In this document: positions 57,980 to 64,000 of the stretch, piece by piece
How the letters are laid out: each line of letters opens with the position of its first letter
How positions within the stretch are numbered: the stretch's first letter is position 1
From: Firmicutes bacterium UBA5766
GTDB lineage: Bacteria > Bacillota > Desulfotomaculia > Desulfotomaculales > Nap2-2B
Length of the DNA: 64,000 nt
Direction: 5' to 3'
Assembly (NCBI GenBank): GCA_002418775.1
Contig: DIEU01000001.1
Coordinates: 9,551 to 73,550 of the forward strand
Made by a program: the position numbers and the translations under genes
The notes under the pieces: model-generated
The model's input: only the letters and a program-made list of their open reading frames with translations
Told to the model about the DNA's origin: nothing
Database searches by the model: none

Positions 57980-59245
57980 GTGAAGGTATTAGTTATCGGT
58001 TCAGGCGGGAGGGAACATGCGCTGGTCTGGAAAATCCGGCAGAGTCCACGGGTCAGCAAGGTCTTTTGCGCTCCCGGAAATGCCGGCATAGCAGCCCAGG
58101 CTGAATGCGTTGATATCAGCATTGATAATATTCCCCGTCTTTTGGATTTTGCGCGCCGGGAAAAAATAGAGATGACCCTCGTGGGTCCGGAAGCCCCATT
58201 GACTGACGGCATTGTAGATTCCTTTAAAGAGGCCGGTCTTAATGTTTTTGGCCCAACGGCCCGGGCGGCTGCAATAGAAGGAAGCAAAGTGTGGTCAAAA
58301 ACCCTCATGGATAAATATAATATTCCTACGGCAAGCTTTGCTGTTTTCAGCAATCCCGGATCAGCCGCGGATTACATAAGAAAGAACGGCGCGCCATGCG
58401 TTGTAAAGGCCGATGGTCTTGCAGCCGGCAAAGGTGTTATAGTATGCGCGACAGTTGAACAAGCTCTGGCGGCAGTTGAAGACATAATGGTAAAAAACGT
58501 TTTTGGTTCTGCCGGGGAAAGAGTAGTCGTTGAAGAGCGCCTGGAAGGCGAGGAAGTTAGCGTGATGGCCTTTACGGACGGAGAAACTGTTGTGCCAATG
58601 GTGTCCGCTCAGGATCATAAGCAGGTTTTTGACGCCGATTTCGGGCCCAACACGGGAGGAATGGGCGCTTATGCTCCTGCGCCGATCTGTACCCACGAAA
58701 TCTCACAATCAGCTCTGGAAGGTGTTTTAAAACCAATGGTCAGCGCTCTTGCCCGGGAGGGCTGTCCCTATCAGGGAGTGCTTTATGCAGGATTGATGAT
58801 CACCCGTCAGGGGATCAAAACACTGGAGTTCAATGTGCGTTTTGGGGACCCGGAAGCACAGCCTTTATTGATGCTTTTAGAAACAGACCTGATTGATATC
58901 TGCGAATCTGTTGTGACAGGCAAGCTTGCTTCACAAAAAGTCAGCTGGAAGAAGGGTTCGTCTGTATGTGTTGTTTTGGCTTCAGGGGGATATCCCGGTC
59001 ATTATTCAACAGGGTATCCAATTGAGGGTCTTGAGGGGTTGCCGGATGATCTTCAGGTGTTCCATGCCGGCACTAAAATAAAAGACGGTCAGCTTGTTAC
59101 TTCCGGCGGCAGGGTTTTAGGGGTTACAACTTTTGCGTCTGATATTCAGGAAGCAATTACGAAAGCATACGATGGTGTAAACCGGATTAGGTTTAAGGAT
59201 ATGCACTACCGGAAAGATATCGGTCATAAAGCTTTGAATAGATGA
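57980..59245 (+). CDS. purD: Phosphoribosylamine-glycine ligase
   Basis: 421 aa, MKVLVIGSGGREHAL.WK...APGNAG...VVKADGLAAGKGV...; ATP-grasp domain; GTG start. Confidence 0.95.
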   Translation: MKVLVIGSGGREHALVWKIRQSPRVSKVFCAPGNAGIAAQAECVDISIDNIPRLLDFARREKIEMTLVGPEAPLTDGIVDSFKEAGLNVFGPTARAAAIEGSKVWSKTLMDKYNIPTASFAVFSNPGSAADYIRKNGAPCVVKADGLAAGKGVIVCATVEQALAAVEDIMVKNVFGSAGERVVVEERLEGEEVSVMAFTDGETVVPMVSAQDHKQVFDADFGPNTGGMGAYAPAPICTHEISQSALEGVLKPMVSALAREGCPYQGVLYAGLMITRQGIKTLEFNVRFGDPEAQPLLMLLETDLIDICESVVTGKLASQKVSWKKGSSVCVVLASGGYPGHYSTGYPIEGLEGLPDDLQVFHAGTKIKDGQLVTSGGRVLGVTTFASDIQEAITKAYDGVNRIRFKDMHYRKDIGHKALNR

Positions 59246-59288
59246 TGACAGTGTTTTAAGTAAAAAAGATTTGGAGATTTCATGCCGA

Positions 59289-60578
59289 ATGCCGATAAAA
59301 ATTATTCGTTTTCAGGAATTTGAGAAGTCCCGTTTTTTCAGCAGGCAGTTTTCTTCTCCGGCTGGAGTCGGGGATCAGGTAAAAGACATTTTGGAAAACG
59401 TTCGGGAACAGGGCGACAAGGCTTTATGCGACTATACTGAGGCATTTGACGGAGTAAAATTACAGCCGGGACAATTAAAGGTGACAGACAGTGAACGCAA
59501 AGAGGCATACAGGCAGGCCGATGCAGGCTTTTTGGAATCTCTGCGTTTTGCTATGGACAGGATAGAATGCTTTCACAAAAAGCAGCTGCCAAATTCCTGG
59601 TTTGACGCCGGTAAACAGGGAATTTTCCTCGGTCAGCTGGTAAGGCCTTTAGCCCGTGTCGGAATCTATGTTCCAGGGGGCACAGCGGCTTATCCGTCCT
59701 CCGTGTTGATGAACGCTGTTCCCGCCCGGGTGGCCGGCGTTAAGGAAGTAGTCATGGTTACCCCCCCTTCCGAAGACGGCGGGATCAATAAAAATACCAT
59801 CATAGCGGCTATCGAGGCGGGAGTGACTGAGATTTATAAAATAGGGGGCGCGCAGGCTATTGCGGCGCTGGCTTACGGAACGGAAAGCGTTAAACCTGTG
59901 GACAAGATCACCGGACCGGGCAATATCTATGTGACACTGGCCAAGCAGCAGGTCTACGGCAGGGTGGATATTGATATGCTGGCCGGGCCAAGCGAAGTAG
60001 TCGTCGTGGCTGACGATTCGGCTGACCCGTGTTATATTGCCGCTGATCTGCTTGCCCAGGCTGAACACGATCCTTTAGCAACAGCTCTTTTGTTTACACC
60101 TGGTGAAGCGCTGGCCAATCTTGTCCGGGAGGAGATTGAACGTCAGCTTCCTTCTTTGTCCAGGAAAGATATTGCTTCACGTTCTCTTGCGGAACAGGGC
60201 GCCATAGTAATCACAGGCAATCTGGAGAAAGCAATGGAACTCGCCAACAGTTTTGCCCCGGAGCATCTCGAACTCGTTGTAGATAATCCTTTCCACTGGT
60301 TAACATACGTACAGAACGCAGGAGCTGTTTTTCTTGGTCCCTATGCGCCTGAGTCAGTTGGTGATTACCTTGCCGGTCCCAATCATATACTGCCGACCGG
60401 CGGTACGGCGCGGTTTTTCTCTCCATTGAGTGTCGATGCATTTTTAAAAAAGTCAAGTGTAATCAGTTTTTCCAGGGATGCTCTGGCAGAAGCCGGGGAG
60501 CATATAAGCAGAATAGCCCGGGTGGAAGGACTTGACGCACACGCAAAGACAATTGAAAAAAGGCTTGGGGGTTCTTGA
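59289..60578 (+). CDS. hisD: Histidinol dehydrogenase
   Basis: ...V..I...VR..GD.AL.DYT..FD...GGAQAIAA.AYGTE...VDKI.GPGN.YV..AK...AGPSE...AQAEHD... Start uncertain (TTG 59271 in the track, ATG 59289 here). It begins only about 25-40 nt after purD. Confidence 0.93.
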   Translation: MPIKIIRFQEFEKSRFFSRQFSSPAGVGDQVKDILENVREQGDKALCDYTEAFDGVKLQPGQLKVTDSERKEAYRQADAGFLESLRFAMDRIECFHKKQLPNSWFDAGKQGIFLGQLVRPLARVGIYVPGGTAAYPSSVLMNAVPARVAGVKEVVMVTPPSEDGGINKNTIIAAIEAGVTEIYKIGGAQAIAALAYGTESVKPVDKITGPGNIYVTLAKQQVYGRVDIDMLAGPSEVVVVADDSADPCYIAADLLAQAEHDPLATALLFTPGEALANLVREEIERQLPSLSRKDIASRSLAEQGAIVITGNLEKAMELANSFAPEHLELVVDNPFHWLTYVQNAGAVFLGPYAPESVGDYLAGPNHILPTGGTARFFSPLSVDAFLKKSSVISFSRDALAEAGEHISRIARVEGLDAHAKTIEKRLGGS

Positions 60579-61649
60579 ATGAGTTTTAATCTTCAAGAGA
60601 TTTTACGCCGGGATTTAAATGAGATCGTACCCTACGAGGCGCCAAGGGTGGGCGATGGTGTTATCAAGCTTGACGCCAATGAAAACCCTTTTGAATTCCC
60701 GGAAGATACAATAAAAGAGACATGTGAACGTTTAAAATCGTTCACGCGGTACCCGGACCCGATGTCTGCAGAGCTTATCGCTGCTTTATCGGAATATACG
60801 GGTGTGCCAAAAGAAGGAATCATGGCCGGCAACGGTTCAGATGAGCTTATCTTGAATATTTTGCTTGTCTTTGGAAACGGGGGACATATAATTATACCAG
60901 CCCCGACATTTTCGATGTACCGTATTCACAGCCTTATCGCCGGAGCTAAACCCGTCGAAGTGTCCAGGGGCTCCAAATTCGAAGTGGATGTTTCCGCCGT
61001 CGTCGAGGCTTGTAAAAGCTATCAGGCGCGTGCGGTGATTGTTTGTTCACCGAATAACCCTACAGCCAACAGTACTTCGGTTAGGGATGTCCAGTTTCTT
61101 TTAGAACAAAGCGGGGCACTGATTATAATTGATGAGGCTTATATAGAGTTTGGCGGCGAAAGCTGCCTTAAGTTACTCAACAGATATCCGAACCTTGTTA
61201 TCCTGCGCACGTTTTCCAAAGCTTTTGGACTGGCGGGACTTAGGGTCGGCTACCTCCTGGGCAATCCCGAGGTTGTTAAAGAAATACACAGGGTAAAACA
61301 GCCTTTTAATCTGAATATCTTTTCACAGCTGGCTGCCAGGACGGTTTTATCCAATTACGGCGAGTTTAAATTAATGGTTGATAAAATTTTAGCGATGCGG
61401 GACAATCTGATTGAGGAAATGTCGGTGATTAAGAATGTAACCGTATTCCCCAGCGAGGCTAATTTCATACTCTTCCGCACACAATTAAAGGGCAGAGAAG
61501 TTTTTGAGGGCCTTTTAAAAAAGGGCGTCCTGATCCGAAATGTCCATGCGCCTGGCATAGAAGACTGCCTGCGGGTTACTGTAGGCAGGGATAATGAGAA
61601 TAAATTGTTTTTAGATAGTTTACAGGCTGTTTTAAACGGGGACGGTTAG
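60579..61649 (+). CDS. hisC: Histidinol-phosphate aminotransferase
   Basis: 356 aa, ...KLDANENP...SPNNPT...IDEAY.EF...RTFSKAFGLAGLRVGY... Confidence 0.93.
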   Translation: MSFNLQEILRRDLNEIVPYEAPRVGDGVIKLDANENPFEFPEDTIKETCERLKSFTRYPDPMSAELIAALSEYTGVPKEGIMAGNGSDELILNILLVFGNGGHIIIPAPTFSMYRIHSLIAGAKPVEVSRGSKFEVDVSAVVEACKSYQARAVIVCSPNNPTANSTSVRDVQFLLEQSGALIIIDEAYIEFGGESCLKLLNRYPNLVILRTFSKAFGLAGLRVGYLLGNPEVVKEIHRVKQPFNLNIFSQLAARTVLSNYGEFKLMVDKILAMRDNLIEEMSVIKNVTVFPSEANFILFRTQLKGREVFEGLLKKGVLIRNVHAPGIEDCLRVTVGRDNENKLFLDSLQAVLNGDG

Positions 61650-61682
61650 TAAAAGGACAGTTGTAAAAGCGGGGGGATCTGT

Positions 61683-62279
61683 ATGGCAAAAGAAAGAACT
61701 GCCGGAATCAGCCGGAAAACAAATGAGACCGATATAAAAGTCTTAATCAATCTTGACGGGAAGGGAGTATGTTCCGTCCATACCGGGGTCGGCTTTTTTG
61801 AACATATGCTGCGCTTATGGACCAGGCATGCCTGCTTCGATCTAGAGCTGACAGGCAAAGGCGACCTGTTTGTTGATGCCCACCATACTATTGAGGACAT
61901 CGGCATCTGCCTGGGCCAGGCTATTAAGGACGCTCTTGGCGATAAAGCAGGAATTGCCCGTTTCGGCCAGGCGATTGTTCCCATGGATGAAGCCCTTGTA
62001 ATAACGGCAATAGACATCAGCGGAAGGGGTTTTCTGGTCTTCGAAGTAAATTTCCCCTCACAACGCATAGGTGATTTTGATACCGAACTGGTTGAGGAGT
62101 TCTTAAGAGCTCTGGCCGTAAACGCAGGCCTGACCCTGCATATCAGAAAATTTTCAGGATCAAATTCCCACCATATTTGCGAAGCGGTTTTCAAGTCTTT
62201 AGGCCGCGCTTTACGAGGCGCTGTTTCCTTTGATGAGCGCATAAAAGATATTCCTTCCACAAAAGGCATAATCGAATAG
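61683..62279 (+). CDS. hisB: Imidazoleglycerol-phosphate dehydratase (monofunctional)
   Basis: 198 aa, ...R.T.ET.I......DG.G......G.GF..HML......D.......GD..VD.HHT.ED.GI.LG...N.HH..EA.FK... Confidence 0.94.
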   Translation: MAKERTAGISRKTNETDIKVLINLDGKGVCSVHTGVGFFEHMLRLWTRHACFDLELTGKGDLFVDAHHTIEDIGICLGQAIKDALGDKAGIARFGQAIVPMDEALVITAIDISGRGFLVFEVNFPSQRIGDFDTELVEEFLRALAVNAGLTLHIRKFSGSNSHHICEAVFKSLGRALRGAVSFDERIKDIPSTKGIIE

Positions 62280-62315
62280 GAGTTTATTTAAGAGAAAAGT
62301 TTAGAGGTTTTTATT

Positions 62316-62945
62316 ATGATTGCGATTGTAGATTACGGGATGGGAAACTTGCGGAGCGTACAAAAGGGATTTGAGAAGGCGGGGTGGGAAGCTTCAATAG
62401 TCTCTGACGCTTCGTCACTGTCCAGATCGTCCGGGATAGTTTTGCCCGGTGTCGGGGCGTTCGCCAGGGCGATGGAAAATTTAAAACAGACAGGCCTGTT
62501 TGAAGCAATAAAGTCTGAAATAAACGCCGGAAAGCCCTTTTTGGGGATTTGCCTGGGGCTTCAACTGCTTTTTGAGGTCAGCGAAGAGTTTGGATTGACT
62601 GACGGAATGGGAATCTTCCCCGGCAGGGTCAAAAAGCTGCCTGATACGGTGAAAGTCCCACACATGGGCTGGAATAAGGTTTTTTTCAAAAAAGAAACCC
62701 CCTTAATGGAGGGGATATTGAACGGTTCACATTTTTACTTTGTTCATTCATATTTTGTCGATGCTGAAACTCCGGATCAGATAGTAGGTATTACAGAGTA
62801 CGGACTCAATTTCGCGTCAATGGTACAAAAAGATAATATTTTTGGAATCCAGTTCCATCCTGAAAAAAGCAGTACGCTGGGACTAAGGATTCTTAAAAAT
62901 TTCGGGGGGTTGGTGGCAAAAAATGATCGTAATTCCCGCTGTTGA
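62316..62945 (+). CDS. hisH: Imidazole glycerol phosphate synthase, glutaminase subunit
   Basis: 209 aa, MIAIVDYGMGNLRSV.K......LPGVGAF......GICLG.Q.L......HMGWN......FYFVHSY......QFHPEKS. Confidence 0.94.
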   Translation: MIAIVDYGMGNLRSVQKGFEKAGWEASIVSDASSLSRSSGIVLPGVGAFARAMENLKQTGLFEAIKSEINAGKPFLGICLGLQLLFEVSEEFGLTDGMGIFPGRVKKLPDTVKVPHMGWNKVFFKKETPLMEGILNGSHFYFVHSYFVDAETPDQIVGITEYGLNFASMVQKDNIFGIQFHPEKSSTLGLRILKNFGGLVAKNDRNSRC

Positions 62946-63651
62946 TTTGCGTGAGGGAAAGTGTGTAAGGCTTGTTGAGGGACGTGTGGACAGGGAAACT
63001 GTTTATTCAGACGACCCGGTAGCTATGGCCCGGCTGTGGGAATCGCAGGGCGCGAGCTGGCTGCACGTTGTGGATCTTGACGGTGCTTTTACAGGAGGAC
63101 TGAAAAACCTTGAAATCATCAGGGAAATTATAGCGACACTGAAAATTCCCGTCGAAGTAGGCGGCGGTATAAGGGAAATGTCAACTATTGAAGAACTGCT
63201 AGAAATTGGCGCAAAGCGTGTTATCCTGGGTACTGCGGCAATTGTCAATCCTGAACTGGTCGCTCAGGCAGCCGAAAAATATGGTGAAGCCATTGCCGTA
63301 GGAATTGATGCGAGAGATGGCAAAGTGGCCATTGAGGGATGGGGTGTGACCTCTGAAAAAGACGCCCTTGAATTGGCCATCCAGATGAAGGCGAGAGGCA
63401 TAAACCTTTTGGTTTTTACGGATATAAAACGGGACGGAACTTTAAAAGGGCCTAACCTGGCTGCTACTGAAAGAGTTGCCAGGGTTACCGGTCTTAAGGT
63501 TATTGCCGCCGGCGGGATCTCAGATATGGACGATTTAATAGCCGTGTCAAGCCTGGAAAATGCAGGTGTCGAAGCGGTTATTACCGGGAAGGCGTTATAT
63601 ACGGGCAGTATTAACTTAAAAGATGCCCTGTCTTTAATAGAAAAAAGGTGA
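62923..63651 (+). CDS. hisA: ProFAR isomerase
   Basis: 242 aa, MIVIPAVDLREGKCVRL..G......LHVVDLDGA......GGGIR......TDI.RDGT..G.N..... It overlaps hisH by 23 nt. Confidence 0.94.
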   Translation: MIVIPAVDLREGKCVRLVEGRVDRETVYSDDPVAMARLWESQGASWLHVVDLDGAFTGGLKNLEIIREIIATLKIPVEVGGGIREMSTIEELLEIGAKRVILGTAAIVNPELVAQAAEKYGEAIAVGIDARDGKVAIEGWGVTSEKDALELAIQMKARGINLLVFTDIKRDGTLKGPNLAATERVARVTGLKVIAAGGISDMDDLIAVSSLENAGVEAVITGKALYTGSINLKDALSLIEKR

Positions 63652-63660
63652 AGCAAAGTT

Positions 63661-64000
63661 ATGTTAACCAAACGTATCATACCCTGCCTTGACGTAGCTG
63701 AAGGAAGAGTTGTCAAGGGAACAAATTTTCTAAATTTGCGCGATGCGGGAGATCCTGTCGAACTGGCCGCTTTCTATGATCACGAGGGAGCCGATGAACT
63801 GGTCTTCCTTGATATCAAAGCGTCAGCTCAGGGGCGCAAGACAATGCTGGATATGGTCTACAGGACTGCCGGTGAAGTTTTTATACCATATACAGTCGGC
63901 GGGGGTATCTCTTCTATGGATGATATCCGGGACATTCTAACTGCTGGCGCCGATAAGGTATCGTTAAACACATCAGCAGTTTTAAATCCTCCGTTGATTG
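63661..64000 (+). CDS. hisF: Imidazole glycerol phosphate synthase, cyclase subunit (5' part; runs off the window)
   Basis: Hand-translated as [52 protein letters not shown]...GGGI...AGADKVS.NT. It is not in the ORF track because no stop lies inside the window. Confidence 0.9.
   Translation, partial: MLTKRIIPCLDVAEGRVVKGTNFLNLRDAGDPVELAAFYDHEGADELVFLDIKASAQGRKTMLDMVYRTAGEVFIPYTVGGGISSMDDIRDILTAGADKVSLNTSAVLNPPLI

Noticed and set aside
57535-58353. Long antisense ORFs opposite well-supported genes. They include the 272-aa ORF at 57535-58353 (-). Others are 61646-62269 (-), 26889-27395 (+), 51907-52452 (-), 63264-63716 (-), 38671-39153 (+), 16444-16749 (+) and 3758-4111 (-).
   Set aside because: Each lies entirely inside a gene with strong family signatures on the other strand. 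They have Ser/Pro/Arg-rich, low-complexity composition typical of shadow frames, and none has an SD or recognisable motifs.

Overview
By gene content (inference), this is a chromosomal window from a spore-forming anaerobic Firmicute, probably Clostridia and Peptococcaceae/Desulfotomaculum-like.

**Layout**
- 1-11.5 kb: distal part of the ribosomal super-operon (rpsQ' to rplQ), then truA-rplM-rpsI. A decayed rpmD lies between rpsE and rplO, and adk is absent between secY and map.
- 11.6-29.8 kb: housekeeping and sporulation genes. These are patatin, a MetE/UROD-like protein, PHP histidinol phosphatase, rsmA, yabG, an S1-like protease, a CAP-domain protein, a CBM-like protein, a gutted UbiB-like kinase, ylbJ, an aminotransferase, a HAD hydrolase, hbd, lspA and rluD.
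- 29.8-39.1 kb (minus strand): translationally coupled malQ-treZ-GH57-treY operon.
- 39.2-41.1 kb (minus strand): damaged extracytoplasmic [FeFe]-hydrogenase locus.
- 41.7-43.8 kb: surface protein with an F-type lectin domain and three near-identical repeats.
- 44.4-48.9 kb: lasso-peptide-like RiPP locus.
- 49.2-64 kb: one co-directional array, hpt-guaA-purEBFMNHD followed directly by hisDCBHAF'.

**Best candidates for something new**
- The RiPP locus has two paralogous precursors, an asparagine-synthetase-like cyclase and an ABC exporter. It has no leader peptidase or RRE (B1/B2), and the predicted core N-termini are atypical.
- The hydrogenase carries a Tat signal plus lipobox and is interrupted only by a single in-frame TAG.

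No rRNA, tRNA, CRISPR array or transposase was recognised. All homology statements rest on reading the translated ORFs against remembered family signatures; no searches were run.
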